A DNA stretch of 64,000 nt from Chiloscyllium plagiosum (Eukaryota): assembly GCF_004010195.1 (NCBI RefSeq), contig NC_057749.1:15927006-15991005 (forward strand), in the 5' to 3' direction. Shown here piece by piece: positions 24,045 to 38,128 of the stretch (positions are counted from its first letter, which is position 1; every line of letters begins with the position of its first letter). Made by a program: the position numbers and the translations under genes. The notes under the pieces were generated by a model, which was not told where the DNA came from, searched no databases, and saw nothing but the letters and a program-made list of their open reading frames with translations.

Positions 24045-25074
24045 AAGATCTGAGAAAGAAAGTCATAGCAATTCAGGAGTGACTTTCACTAAACATACTG
24101 ACACAAGGTCACCATTTGAAATGCTAACCTGCTTTTCTCTCCCTGATGAATGGCTGCGTATTTTGGCACTTTCTGCAAGCCAACTGCAAATGTTTTGTGA
24201 CCAGGCAATCGTCACTGTGTTGCCCAGACTCCCAAGCTACAGACTCCAGGAACTACATCCACTCAAGACGGCTTGCTTACCCTTCCTTTAGCATTATGCG
24301 TGTGTAACAGTCAGTCAGACTCTTCCAAAATACAAATTGAAAATGCTGAAAAACATTCAACAGGTCAGGCAGAATCTGTGGAGACTGAAACAGAGGCCAG
24401 TGACCTTTCACCAAAGCCAAATTGTTAACTCGGGTGTTGCTGACTTACTAAACAATTTTTTGTTCTCATTTCAGATTTCCAGAATTCGCAGTATTTTGCT
24501 TTTAACAGAACTTTCCCTTTGGTTTCTTCAATAGATCTGTAATTAAAACCACAATAAAATCCAGTGGATTCTGTACGAAATGTAAAGACTCCTTGCCCCA
24601 TGGCCCCAAGCCTTTATTCGAGAAAGCCTCTTTTGGAAATTATCCCATTAATAAATAATTTTAAGATATGGAGTACATCCAGTCAAAGAATAATCTAATT
24701 TGCAACAAATCTCTCCACACCCTCAGGCTAAAAGGGTTGGAGATGAAATGAGTATGCATATTTCATTGCAATCTTTCCTCAACTGCTTCCAAAAATACAT
24801 AATGAACATATTCGAAGCCTTCACCAATCACCATACATACATACACACCAGTTTTATGTTAAATTTTGTATCAAGTGAGTAAAAAGTGAAAGCAGCCCCA
24901 ACCAAAACAAGAGAGTGTAATGCAATAACTTAATAAACAAGAGAAAGTCTGTCCTTATATCAGTCTTTCATCAGTTTATGACTTTTCATTATAATGTTGA
25001 TGTCTGCTTTATTGGACTTCTTTAATGACACCCTCATCAGCTCTGTTAATATGAGTTCTTTCAAATGACAAAAC

Positions 25075-25360
25075 TAAAAGGCATAGGTTTAAGATGAGAG
25101 GGGAAAGATTTAAACGGACCTAAGAGGCAACTTTGTCACACACAGGGAGGGTTTGTGTATGGAATGAGCTGCCAGAGGAAGTGATGGAGGCTGGTACAAT
25201 TACAACATTTAAAAGGCATCTGGATGGGTATATGAAGAGGAAGGGTTTAGAGGGATATGGGCCAAATGCTAACAAATGGGACTAGATTAATTTAGGATAT
25301 CGGGGCAGCGTGGATGAGTCGGACCAAAGGGTCTATTTCCATGCTGTACATTTCTATGAC
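25075..25360 (+). mobile_element. CR1 (HER1-like) 3' end
   Basis: Near-identical to 510-800. Confidence 0.9.
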
Positions 25361-25642
25361 AAGCTTCCTATGAAATTTTTTGTTTAAATTGAAAGAAAGT
25401 GATGAAAAGGTAGAAGAAATATAAGGTTTTTGGGCTTTGGTACATCTTGTCACAGGGAATGGCTGAGACAGAGGACATTACATCTTTGAGGGAAAGCTGG
25501 GTAAGTATTGGAACCAATGACAACCTGTATTTATCTAGCTTCTTTAATGTAGTCAAATATTCCAACACACTTCATAGCATCAGCAAGTAAAACCTAACAT
25601 ATCAGGAGACATTATGACAAGTGATCAAAAGCTTCAGAGAAT

Positions 25643-25840
25643 TATAGAATTCCTACAGTGCAGAAGGAGGCCATCAAGTCCACAATGACCCTCCAAAAAG
25701 CACCCCACCTAGACCCATTCCCCCCTACCTTATCCCTGTAACCCAGGACTTCCCATAGCTAACCCATGTGGCCTGCATATCCCTGGACACTATGGGCAAT
25801 TAAGCATGACTAATCCACCTAATCTGCACATTTCTGGACT
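25643..25840 (-). mobile_element. HE1 SINE 3' part
   Basis: Reverse of the HE1 3' half. Confidence 0.7.
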
Positions 25841-28270
25841 GATCAAATAGGTAGGTTAAAAGGAGAGGGTAGATGATTATGTAGGATTACTTCAGCTGAT
25901 GGTTCAGACAGACAAAGCAGAGGAAGATGAGGGGTATGAGAGAATAGGTGAGTGAAATTCATTCCAGATTGCTCTAGAATACAGCAAGAATGGGTTGAAT
26001 TGGCCAATTGGTTTCCTTCTGTATGGTCTATTGCTACTGTTTCCAAAAGAAAAATGCCATGTTGAGTTCTCTCAAGGGTTGAATACTGCAATTTTTCATT
26101 TGTAAAATGCTTTATTTCTAAATGGGTTTTATTTTGCTGGAACAACAAAATTGCACAACAGCCACAAATACAAAAACAGTTTTTAACCTCGCAAAAGTGA
26201 AATTATAGCCAGTGTTACAACTCTACTTTACAGTGCAAAATTCTTTGATTTATGGTTAAAATCAATTAATAGTGCCAACATGTATTGATCTCCGTAACAG
26301 TGATAAAACTTTTGAAAATGAAGATGTGGGGAGAAACAAAACAATAGACAGATTAGGACTCAGATTAAGAAATTTTGCACTAGTTACATAGAACTTTACT
26401 GTACAGAAACAAGCCATCTGGCAAAGCTGGTCTATGCCAGCAGTTATGTTTCACACACGTCTCCTCCCACTATACTGACCTAACTTTGATCCAGAGCCTA
26501 TTTTGAAAAAGAATATGTGAATTACAATTACAGCTGTGACACTGTAGCTTCAACTCTGTTCAGTCCCTGTATGTTGATGGATTTTCCAGCAGCAGAACAT
26601 TATATTGTCACTCCCTAGTCCCTCTCTCCGACTGTATTGCCATGCTGTGTTGGCCCTATCCTGGCTCAAGTCAGGTATCAAATTTTAACTAATGCTTCCC
26701 GATTTGCTCACTGCAACAGAACCAGAGAAGAAGGGTTTTAACTTTCACCGTCTTCTCTGGTCTTCCTGTTGTTACTTGAATGTTAAAATGTTTAATAAAT
26801 TAAAAATGAAAGACAAACAGAAGTATTGGCAAAATTCCAGATTTAATAAAAGCAGAAGGTGCAGGAAGCCTGTGTCTATGTTCTATGCACCTTGGAACCA
26901 TTTGTTTTTATCCCAAAATCTGGAGCTCCCTTCTTAACCACACCACTGGTGTATCTGCGTCCCAAGGGCTGCAGTGTTCAAGATGGCAGCTTATCACCCT
27001 CTTCCCCAGGGTAATTAAAGGGGTGGCCTAGTCAATGACACCCACATCATGAACAAATAAAATAAAAGTATCATTGCATGTACTTTTTAACTTCAGCTTC
27101 CTTTTTCTATCACGTCTACCTGTTCAATTATTTAGCAAACTTATCTAGGGTCTACATTAACTCAGTACACTATTTGAAAACTGCAAAATGTGTTGGTGAA
27201 AGAACAAAAGTAGTTTTAACTCGAGACCAAAACATTATGATTATATATTTACACACTCAATTTCAGAGTACAACAGAATGGCCTGAGCACAGTACAATCT
27301 TTGACCAAATTTTGTCCAGCCTCAAAAACTACAATTCAGTCTTTAATTGGCGTAAGACTAAAAATAAATCCCAAATCTGTTTTGGCTAAAGTACAGATTC
27401 ATCTTTAGAGATACCTCCTGCACACTCTCAGGCAGTGTGTATCAGAGAGCTTTATCATCAGGGGAGGGCCAGCATCACAAGCTTCTTTCCTTGCAATGTG
27501 TTTTCATGATCAAGGATCACTGCAACAATAATAAGGAATAGGAATTTTCCTTTGGCCAGGAACTTGTTATTTCCCAAAATTCCACTCTGGCTGAGATCAA
27601 ATAGCTCATCACAAACTAATCCCAATCCATAATAAAAATTCAAAGTGATAAGACATCGAGATTTCTTTTAAAAACACACATAAACATCAGGCATTTAATC
27701 AATCAGCAGTTTGAGATGAGTGCTATGGTACCAACTCAGACTCTATACCATCCACCCTTCCTTTAGTGAAGGGCTGATACAGGGTTATTCGCGGCCTGGA
27801 TTGAAAATCGCGAGCGTGAATAGTTGTTTTAAAAAATTCCCAATGAACTGATCTGTGGTAATACATGAGAAACAGGGCTTCGATGATATGTAATGTTTGG
27901 TGTTAGAAGATTTTATGCCCTGTCCACTTGTACTGCTGGGTTCATAGTTCAACTCCACAAGCTGCCCTTTCAGATTGTGGCTAGATCTGGAAATGGTACC
28001 TTAAGACTCATACATTGGTTCATTGGTTTAGCACTAGAAAACAGCAATAAGAATGGTCAACAAGAGTTACGCCACACAACATTAAACCTTGTATGTGAAG
28101 TTAGTCTCAGGACATGGAAGGCATTTATTGCCCATTTCTAGCTAACCCCAGCTTTGTAACAATTGAAATGTCAATCCACTTCATGGAATCTTATGGGCAG
28201 GAGGCCATTTGGTCCATCATGCCTATGCAGGCTGTTTGAAAGAGATTACAATTTACTTAGAAACATATTG

Positions 28271-28592
28271 GAGGTGATGGCCTAGTGGTATTGTCACTGG
28301 ACTCGTACGTCAGAGACCCAGGTAATGCTTTGAGGACCCAGATTTGAATCCTGCCATGGGAGATATCGGAATTTCAACTCAATTACATAATCTGGCATTT
28401 TAAGTCTAATGATGATTGTTGGAAAAAACCTCTGGTTCACTAATATCCTTTAGGACAGATAACTGCCATTCTCACCTGATCTGGCCTACATATGATTCCA
28501 GACTCACAGCACTGTGGGGCTCTTAACACAATGAGGGATGAGCAGTAAATGCTGGCTGCAGTCTACTCATCTTGGCTAGCCATGAAAAAAAA
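28271..28592 (+). mobile_element. SINE family B
   Basis: Homologous to 12895-13248. Confidence 0.7.
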
Positions 28593-28594
28593 AG

Positions 28595-28930
28595 CACGAA
28601 TAAGCCATTTGGCCCAATGAACCTGTTCTGCCTTTCAACTAGAACATGGCTGATCATCTAATAATTAGGATGGCATCACCTCAATGCACTCTTTCCATTT
28701 CTGTTGATATCCTTAAAATCTAGAAATCAACCAATCTCTATCTTGGATATCCTCATTGGTGGATCCTCCACAGTACTCCTGGGTAGAGAATTCCAAAGAG
28801 TCACAACCCTCAGAGTGAAAAGATTCCTCGTCTCAGTCCTAAATTACCTGCCTCTTATTCTGAGACTGTGTCCACTGCTTCTCAACACCCCTCCAGCTGG
28901 GGAAAACATCATTCCTGCATCTATTCTCTT
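28595..28930 (-). mobile_element. CR1 LINE 3' fragment
   Basis: Homologous to 41164-41640. Confidence 0.65.
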
Positions 28931-29660
28931 GAGACTTCCCACTCCCCTTGCTTTGACCTAAAGCCCTGCAAATATTTTTTCAACTATTTAACTTTTGAAA
29001 GTTATTGAATCTGCTTCCAAAATCCTTGCAGGCAGTACATTTCAGATTATATAAATTTGCTGCATAAATAATATCTAATCTCTTTGCTTCTTTTGCTAAT
29101 TATTTTAAATTCTCTGATATCAGACCCATCTTATCCATGGAAATGATTTTTTCTTACTCAATCTATAAAATCCGTAATAACTCTGAGCAGCTCTAAATCT
29201 ACACATAGCCTTAAATCACACACACTTCTCCATAGAACTGAAATCCCTCAAGCCCAATACCATTCTTGTCAATTTCATTTGTATCTTTCCTAAAGTGTGG
29301 TGTCCAGAATTGTCCCCAGTTATCTAAGCGAGGACGAGTCAGCATTTTATAAAAGTTGAACATCACGTCCTTGCTTTTGTACACCACTAACAAAGGCTGG
29401 AATCCTGAATGTTGTATGGGCAGGTACTGGCCAGCCCATAAGCTTCAAACACTTACTCCAACACCACACACAATGCACTGTCACAATCGTTATAGAATGA
29501 ACCCAATGGGGTTGACAACTGGAGAAAACTAAAACCAGCCTTAAAATTTTCTCAAGAGTGTTAACTTTCTTGTCTCATTTTGAGATGTATGGGTTGATTC
29601 CACACTCTCAGCTGACCTGCAATAGCCCAAGATCTTGTGGAAGCATCTCATCTTGACTAA

Positions 29661-30335
29661 TGTTATGAAGACATGGGTGTACTATACCTTTAAGAGAGTA
29701 AAAGCTAGCAGTGACAGCACCAAATGTTCTCAATAAGATACAATGCAACATGTACTCCAGCTACTGGGGTAGCTAGTTGCCTGGAAACAACAAATCAGAT
29801 TTGAATTAGGCCAGTTTAAATTATACCTCGAAAAATTCCAATCAAGTTTGAATTCAGTATATTAACAATCTTAAAAGCCAGTGACGCAATCCGATGGTTT
29901 GGGGTATAGGATTGGGGAAAATTGAACAGTTGGGAGGGGAACTGCCACAAGACCAACAGCTATAGACTGCTAGTCAGAACTCCCTGAAAGATACAAGGAC
30001 AAGGAGTTTGCACAGAGAAAAACCTCAACACTGACCTGGACAGCCAATCTACCGACGAAGACAGATAGAAGATTTAAAGTTTGGAATTTTCTGTAAATCT
30101 TAATTGGGAGTTTTATCTGGCTAGTATTATAGAAGGGGAGGTAAAAAATAGGTTAGAGGAACAAACTGTAAATAGTTGCTAGTTAATTATTCTCTGTTAT
30201 ACTTTAAGAAATAAAGTTGTTAATTTTTACTTTAAATAGTTCTTGGCCTCTAATTCTTAGATTACTGCACTGGATAAATCTTTTCTGTGTTGCTGGTTTT
30301 AAATTAAGCAGGAGCGTTTACCATGTGTCGTAACA
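29661..30335 (+). mobile_element. Solo LTR (675 bp), probably Gypsy-type
   Basis: Inverted termini TGTTATGA...TCGTAACA, 4-bp TSD ctaa (29657-29660 and 30336-30339), AATAAA at 30210-30215. Confidence 0.85.
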
Positions 30336-32264
30336 CTAACACCAGTTTTTTAAAATTTCCTATCACAACAACCTCAAACAGATGTCCAGACTAGCCTACT
30401 GATAGAACACAGAAATAAAACATTTTTAAACTGATGGTTTTTTTAAGAAAAAACTACTGTAGTCATTACGCTGTCATCCATATCATGAGGTGATTGCTTT
30501 CCATATGCTGCTGACTGAACTCTAAGCACACTGTTCATACAGCCCTGTCAAGGTTATAACTATAGCACAGGACAATTCACGGACAAATTATCAGGTTCTT
30601 CTCCTCCAGAAGGTATTGACTCATGCTGAGGGTCATGGTCTGTGGGAACCAGCTGTCGGTTACTGTCTCATTGTCAACAATCTTCATGCACAAGTCTAGG
30701 TAGCTGTGACAGGCTGTTTAACTGTGGTAAATGTTCCAGCCATACACAATCCTGTACGTGTTGAAGATGCATACACAGAAACACACATACACATGCACAC
30801 AAACACACACACACAAGTTGTTTGGCTATAATCAAGTGTTGCAATCCTGGTTGCTTTTTCTCTCCCTGAGCTCAGGACACTGAGACAAACTATCAGATGA
30901 GACTAATATAGAGGTGGATATCTCCCATAAAGATCACATGTAGCACATTCAAGACACCGATGGATAAATCTGACAAACTTGGATGTATTAAATAAGAAAA
31001 TTCATTAATCCTACATGCTTCATAGCTGCAGCCCCCTTTGAACAGTTAAATCATAGCATTTACTTACAACGACAAACTATTCAAAACATTTTTTGTAAGA
31101 TCTTGTTTCACTGGCAAGACTAGCACTTCTGTTCACTCCTAATTACGTCAGAGGTGATGGCTGGCAGAGATAAGTAAATTGCATGATGCCATTGCTTAAC
31201 TGTTCAAACTTACTGATCGATTCTTGACTGTTTCAACTTTGAATTTTCTGAAGCTTTGTTATTTAGCACACAGTGGGCTTTGCATGTTCCTCAACTGCAT
31301 TTCTCTCCTCTTCTTCCAAGTGTATTGACTCATGCTGAGGTTCCATATGCACCAACAGCCAACAGGATCACACCCAAGTGGTCATTCTGTCTAATGAGCC
31401 CTGGCAGTGTTTCAACTCATTATTCAATTTCTAGGGTAATGACCCAACAACTGCAAAAAACTACAAGTGAAACTTTATGCCTTGAATTAAACAGCCAAGC
31501 AGAACAAAATAAAACCGAGGTGGTTTATTGGCCACAGGTGTCCATTGAACCTTTTAACAAATTTTCCTCATCACCAAAGAGGGACGTCAAGATCAATTAG
31601 TGATACCCAACTGCTGTCTGAGATTGGCTAACTTGGCAGAAATATCTCTCTGGTTCATAACTCACAGGACATCCCAGCTGCCCTGTAAGCAAGGCTCGAT
31701 CTTTGTGTTGTTATCAAAGTAGTAACTGGGCTAAGGACTTAAGATTTACATGTCATGTCTGTCTTGCTTCACTAAGCTCCACAACACACAGTTATGCTAA
31801 TGGAAAGAATCTTGGTGGAAGGAAAACTGATTGGAGACTGAAGTCCTATCAGTCCTATGAGGATTAACTTGTTCCTTATTTACAAAATACCATCATTAAA
31901 TAATCTTTTACAATTTACAAACTACATGGATGAAGAAATGGCTCGCTTTCTGTACATGGTTATAGGAAGAAGATTGACATACCATACAAATACATCACCC
32001 ACCACAAGGGATAGAAAGACACCTCACCTACACCAACACTACGTGGGGGACCAGAGGCACAAGGTGATAACAACCACCAAAGCCCAAACCTGGAACATCC
32101 AACCTCTCTGTATTACAGTGCAGCATTAATTCATTGTACTGACCCCCAGAGTCAGCAAGTGACATTTATAAAATATGCAGAATCAATCCCTGTTTAACAG
32201 AAGCAGATTAGCAGTTATCATGTCTGGTGGCACAATGCTGCAGAACAATCCGCTGCCTTCACTG

Positions 32265-32593
32265 CTAGGTTTCCACCAGACTTTGCACTGTCTGCTGTCC
32301 CTGCCCAGTCACACTCCCCATTAGCTGTGGGTCACTATGATTCTGGTGCAGCTGTTGACCTTGAATGACTTGCTGCCCCTGACTGGTTTGAAGAGCTGGT
32401 GTCAGTTGTAGGTCCTTGTGATTGCAGCCAAGATGTTGGTTTGGAGTTGCTGGATGGACAGATTGCTGCTGCTCTTCACTGCTCTGAGGTGTGAGTGATG
32501 ATTTATCGCTGAAACTAAACCGGGGGGAGTTGTCAGAAGTGTTGGGAGATGACGGACCAGCACTCGATACAGTGCTTGATGGACCACTGCTAT
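32265..32593 (-). CDS. PPIP5K1: PPIP5K1 terminal coding exon: (Y)SSGPSSTVSSAGPSSPNTSDNSPRFSFSDK...QSLVET*
   Basis: Acceptor tttttaaatacag|. Joined to the previous exon it gives PPWYSSGPSSTVSSAGPSSP, a motif I recall from PPIP5K1 rather than PPIP5K2. TAG stop at 32265-32267. Confidence 0.92.
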
Positions 32594-33074
32594 CTGTATT
32601 TAAAAATGCAGAGAAATCAAAGAAATCATTAAACAATGGAAACTCTCAAGTATGCATCACTGACAATCTAAAGAAAAGTCACTTCGGACTCAAAACATCA
32701 ATTGTCTTTCTCTGTCCACAGATGCTGCCAGACCTGCTGAGTTTTTACAGCATTTTCTGTCTTTGTTTCAGATGTCCAACATCTGCAGTACTTTGCTTTT
32801 ATATGCAGCAGTGCAACCTGCTCCACAATTCCCATTGATTTAGCTGTGAATTACTGCTACATTTCATGATAAACATGGCACCATTAGTGTCAGCCTGAAC
32901 TGTGAGACATATCCAGGCATACAACCATGGATCTCATCCATCTGCACTGGATATGCATCTGCAAAGAGCACTTTTAGCTGTATAACATTTTGGTGAAACA
33001 CTGTTGGCTATAGGTCTGTCATCAGTTGTCAGATCAGTGTGAGGTGAAGGATTCTGTTTTCAGTATTTCACAGG

Positions 33075-33325
33075 ATATGGGTGCCATTGACTAGTCCAAT
33101 ATTAACGGCACTTCTCTAACTGTCTTGGAAAAGGTGGTGAGCTGCCTTCTTGAACCACTGCAGTCTATTTGATGTAGGCACACCCAATTGCTAACACACA
33201 AAGAGTTCTGGTGACAGTGAAGGAACAGTGAAATAATTCCAAGTCAGGACAATGGTGGCTTGCAGGAGATCTTGCAGATAGTGGTGTGCCCATGCATCTG
33301 CTGCTTTTGTCCTTTTAGGTGGTTG
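33075..33325 (-). mobile_element. LINE family B 3' fragment
   Basis: Reverse complement resembles 14950-15190. Confidence 0.65.
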
Positions 33326-36300
33326 ATATATTAGCTTAAGTGTGTTACTTTCTTGTAACAAGCCGAGAACCATCATCAGTCTGGGTATTTCATTTTCTCC
33401 AATTCAAAGTCACTAATTCCTCAGTTTTAGTTTGATCATTACACTGTACTTTTCCAGATTGCAAATTGCAGATATGAAATTAAACTGAAGCACCTAGCTT
33501 TCAATTGCAAGTGGTCCTCATCGACACTGTTGTTACATATCCCATGGAACTATCTGCAAGGCAAAAGGGTCATTCCCCATTGTGCCGTTGCCAATGTGAA
33601 TGTCTCCAACAGCACTATGGAGGAGAGATTAAGTGAACATTCAACTCATTTATGTGTGGACTTGCTGTGTGTAAACCACAAGATGGGAACATGCTTCATA
33701 AATAATTCATCTGCAGCTAAGCACATTGAGACACAAATTAATTTCTGTACGCAAATTTTGGAGTTAAAAGCAGGAATTATGAAGTAATTTTGCAATTAAA
33801 AGGTTAAGGAAAATAGTCTGCCTCAAAAGTTGCAGTGTTCCATCACTGATCTGTATCTCTGGCCTGGAACTGAATAGATGTATCTTAAATCACACACAGA
33901 CATGGTATAAACTGACTGGACACATTCAGACACAGAATTATCTCTGCTTCTGTTTATTTAATTAAATGTAGCAGTTAAATGTAGCAATTTGGATAAAGCA
34001 CATATGGAAAATACACAAACTTTGATTGCCAATTTGGTAAATATTTATTTTAAACTCAATTTTTATTAACAAGAAATGCTTTAATATTGGAAAACATACA
34101 TTTTAAACAAAAGCTTACAAGAGGCTAACTGAAGATGACAAAGAAAAACAAGAAGCAGCAATATCCAAACTAAAGGATTTTGTTAATATACCCATTCTTA
34201 TAAAAACCAAAATAGTGGATGCTGTAAATAACCCATGCTTATTTAATGTATCGATGATGAAATATATTAAAATATATTAAAATATATCATGTGATTCCAT
34301 CTTGTCCTCATCGAGTTTTGGCTACGATGTTGCATCTGTTTCAAGAAATTTTTTAAAATGACAACAATATTTGTGGTCATAGTTCAAAATGTTTCTTTAA
34401 CAGAATTGGTGTTCACATTACTTCTGTCTGGCACAGTGTCCGTGTCAGTCTATATTCAGTTCCAGGCCTGCCTCAAATGCTGGACCAGACAAGTAAGTAT
34501 CAAGAATCACAAGATTATTGTGAAAAGAACCAAATCTCTTTATTCTCTCTCTGGGTTCAATACTGCACACAGGTACAGCAATGTAAAACAGCACCTTCAG
34601 AGTCAGTCTTCCATAACCTTTTAATTACCAACTACTAGCAGTAACCAGGTCAAAGAAAATCCAAAGCAAAAGTAATTCATTATCAGCTTAGTCACAGGGA
34701 ATTAAGCCTTGGCAGATTTGCAAATGTACAATAACACAGCTGTCTGATGGCACAGATAACCACCCGCAACCACTCCATAATTTTTCTCTTCAGACTGAAG
34801 AATTTGAGAGGTGTAAAATGCTTGATTGTGTGTGTCCCTTACAACCAATGTGCGCATGGCTATTTAAACAAAGGGAGGGTAGTGCAAACATTTGATGACA
34901 ACTTGCATTTATATATCACCTTTAACAATAAAATAGCACAATGTGCTTCAAGAATGTTATCTGACACCAGTCACATAAGGTGACTCTATGACAGTTGATT
35001 AAAAAGTATGGTCAAACAAGATTTTAAGGAACATCTTCAGGAGCAGAGAGAGTTAGAGAGACAGTGAAGTTAGAAAGAGAATTCTAGAAGTTTCAGCCTA
35101 GGAAGCTGAAGGCACAGCTGACAATGGTACTAAGAGAAAATCAAGGTTGCACAAGAGGTGAGGATTTGCGAAGCACAGAAATCTGGCTGAGATGTGGGGC
35201 TGGAGGAGTTTATAAAAATAGAGATGGGCGATGGTAAATGAAAATAATGATAAGAATTTTAAAATGGATGCATTGTCAAACCAGGAAAAATGCAAATCTG
35301 GACTGATATAGTGAAATCCTTTTCCATCATTTAGTTGATAGCCCACAGATTAGGTTTGGGCAGATTTGTCTTTATCCAGTATTGAATTCATAATCACAGT
35401 TAGATAGGTGACAGAATGGCTGGTTTGAGTAAGAGAAACAATATTACACTGCTGTAGAAGAAAGACACTCTTCCGAGATTGAGCAGATGCATCTGATAAG
35501 AGGGTTTTGAATTTTTTGAGTTTGTAAAAATATGAACAGATAAAGAGAAGTCTGAGGAATGACTTGATAGAGGTCTTTTATTTGATAGGATAGACGTGAT
35601 TTGATAAGACGTTCATTTTTGAGTATCCACACATACTTTCTATCACAATGTCTAGTGGAGATGAGACTCAACATAAGATCTCATACCAATGCACAGTTTG
35701 TCATTTCAGCACTAACTCACACTTGCAAAGGGGAATGTTCGGCTGGCATTCACATGGAATTAAGCCAATGCATTGTACACCATTTGCAGTCAGTTATTAA
35801 CTCATTTATTTCATTTAAATGGTCTAACACCTGTGTAATCAAGCACATATCATCATGAAGTGTTTTGTATATGGACTGTGCCAAGATAATCTTTATTGTC
35901 TTTAACTCCTGAGTGAACGTGACAATCCCCCAGTGCTTGCTCACAGTGAGAAAAAGGATAATGCTACAACAGAATCGGCCATGATCTTGTTTAATGGTGG
36001 TACAGACTTGATGGGCCAAATGGTCTGCTTCTGCTTAAGTTTCCTGTTTCTAAACAATCCTCAGCCTTTTCAAACTGCAAACTCAAACCAACCTTTACTT
36101 TCACCAATTTTCAATGACCAGTTCTAGTATATTTTTATGTGGCTCAGTTTCTGATTACATTTCTGTGAATCTCCTCAGATTGTTCACTGCATTAAAGGTG
36201 GTATACAATTGTAAGCTTCTGTTAATTCACTTCATCTCTATACTTTCCAATTTTATGGGTCTTGATTCTTTATGTTTCTTACCTAAATACCAATATTCTG

Positions 36301-36380
36301 TAGATGTGGTTGATGTGAGAAGTATACAGTAATGCTTTTATATATATTTACATATATATTCTAGAACAAAGGTTACTTAC

Positions 36381-36509
36381 ACCATGGAGGGTTTTCTGAG
36401 TGAGGACGGGATGAAAGGGAAGCAACTGTGGAGGGCAAGACTTGTTGAGGAATATACTCATCTACTGTGGGCTGGCTATTCCCCATGGTCTCAAACATTG
36501 CTGAAAGTT
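36381..36509 (-). CDS. PPIP5K1: PPIP5K1 coding exon (129 nt, phase 1-1): (E)LSAMFETMGNSQPTVDEYIPQQVLPSTVASLSSRPHSENPPW
   Basis: Acceptor ttatattgcag| and donor TGGT|gtaagt. It ends in SE-x-PPW as PPIP5K1 does and is in frame with both neighbours. Confidence 0.92.
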
Positions 36510-36950
36510 CTGCAATATAACAATGAATATTATACACATTACAAATGAATTCAAAACAGAGGCCATTGCAAGCCATACAATATTAACTATACTTCAAAGA
36601 TACTTTTAACTAGCTCTGTAAAATGCGAAAGGAGGCCCTGATGCAGTGAACAGCATTATACAGATGTAAGTTCATTCTTTCTTAAAATGGCCCAGCAATC
36701 ACATGGGTCTCAATTGCCAGGTAAGTGTGGCTTGTAATAGGTCTGCTGTTCAGTGCATCTCTGGGTCTCTGGCTTTGCTATTGTGGGCATGCTGGATTCA
36801 GTGCTGACCTGTCTCTTTCACTTGTCATTCAATGCAGCAAGCAAAGCAATATTCATGGGAGGCAGAGGTATTCCAGCATCTATTAAACCAGTGAAACTGG
36901 CTTTCTGTAGTGTGATCACCAGAAATGTACCAGCCAAATTGGGGCAGCAG

Positions 36951-37227
36951 GCTGGCACAGTGGTTAGCACTGCTGCTTCACAGCACAAGGAACTGGGTTT
37001 GATTCCAGCTTAGGTGACTGTCCATGAAGCTTGCACATTCTCCCCGTGTCTGAGAGTCTCCGCCAGTTACTCTGGTTTTCTGCCACAAAGATGTGCAGGT
37101 TAGGTGGGGGATTGGCCACGGTAAATGATGGGTTATGGGAAAAGGTGGGATGTTTTTGGAAGGTCAGTGCAGACTCAATGGGCCAAATGGTCTTTTTCTG
37201 CACCATCGGGATTCTATCTTGTTCTAC
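36951..37227 (+). mobile_element. HE1 SINE (degenerate)
   Basis: tRNA head and V core. Confidence 0.8.
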
Positions 37228-37462
37228 AATTCAATTTATGCACAGCAAGCTCCAAAATTGCTTATCCGCTTTAGTGATATTGACGAAGGCAAAAAAAAAA
37301 CACTCAGGCACTTTTACCTGAGGGAAACCACACTTATCCTTTTAAATAGTACCAAGCCACTTTTTATATCCAAATGAAGGGGTGGATGGGGCCTTGTTTA
37401 ACATTTCATCTGACATACAGCATACTCAACAGTGTATTACTGACAGTATTGCACTGAAGTGT

Positions 37463-37667
37463 CGAGTTGGCTGGATGGTTGGTTTGCGAAGCAGTGTGAT
37501 GTCAACAGCGTGAGTTCAATTCCCATCACTGGCAGAGGTTAGCATGAAGGACTCTCCTTCTCAACTTTTCCCCTCGCCTGAGGTAGAGTGGCCCTCAGGT
37601 TAAATCTCTACCAGTTGTCTCTCTCTAATGAGAGAAAAGCCCTATGGTCTGGTAAGACCATGGCGAC
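37463..37667 (+). mobile_element. Short tRNA-headed SINE (family C)
   Basis: B-box-like gagttcaattccc; a second copy lies reversed at 49410-49622. Confidence 0.65.
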
Positions 37668-37990
37668 ACAATGTACTCAAATCTCTGCAGTAGGTTTGGA
37701 TCCCATAACTCTTTGCCTGAGGTATATGCATACTATCAGACATGCCTTAGGCCACCTTCAGAATCATTATGATATTTTTCCTTTCCCATTCACCAGCCAA
37801 TCTGTAAGATATCTCAGAAACTGGATTTCTTTTCTTTGTTAAAACGTTAGGGTTGAGTCGTGTAATGTGATATATTGAGTTGTGAAACAGTGCTGAGATT
37901 TCATAATTTCAGTTCATGCTGAGATACATGACAGATAACACAGCCAAAGGTTCTCATTGTATCAGTCTCGGCTACAAGTGCACCTTTTAC

Positions 37991-38128
37991 CTTTCGATGT
38001 TCCATCTTGAGATTTCCCACAAATTTCAGAGATGGATGTAAGGAATTCATTGACTTGTTTCAGGGAGAGAGAATTATGGAGTGTTTCCAAAGGGTAGATT
38101 GAAGGAACCATTGAACATCCTTCAAAAC
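37991..38128 (-). CDS. PPIP5K1: PPIP5K1 coding exon (138 nt, phase 1-1): (G)[45 protein letters not shown]
   Basis: Acceptor tttttgcttag| and donor AAAG|gtaaaa. The motif [26 protein letters not shown] is characteristic of the PPIP5K1/2 C-terminal region. Confidence 0.95.

Noticed and set aside
27452..27519. Possible alternative terminal exon (ttgttgcag|...LALP followed by TGA TGA TAA)
   Set aside because: The peptide is short and unrecognised, and the acceptor is modest; compatible with chance.
1..31000. MAP1A 3' exons, expected from mammalian synteny with PPIP5K1
   Set aside because: I saw no MAP1 light-chain motif (VYVDLAYIP..., FPACKIEF) in any frame I examined.
31524..31529. AATAAA on the minus strand as the PPIP5K1 polyA signal
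   Set aside because: Plausible, but one hexamer in AT-rich DNA cannot fix the 3' end without transcript data.
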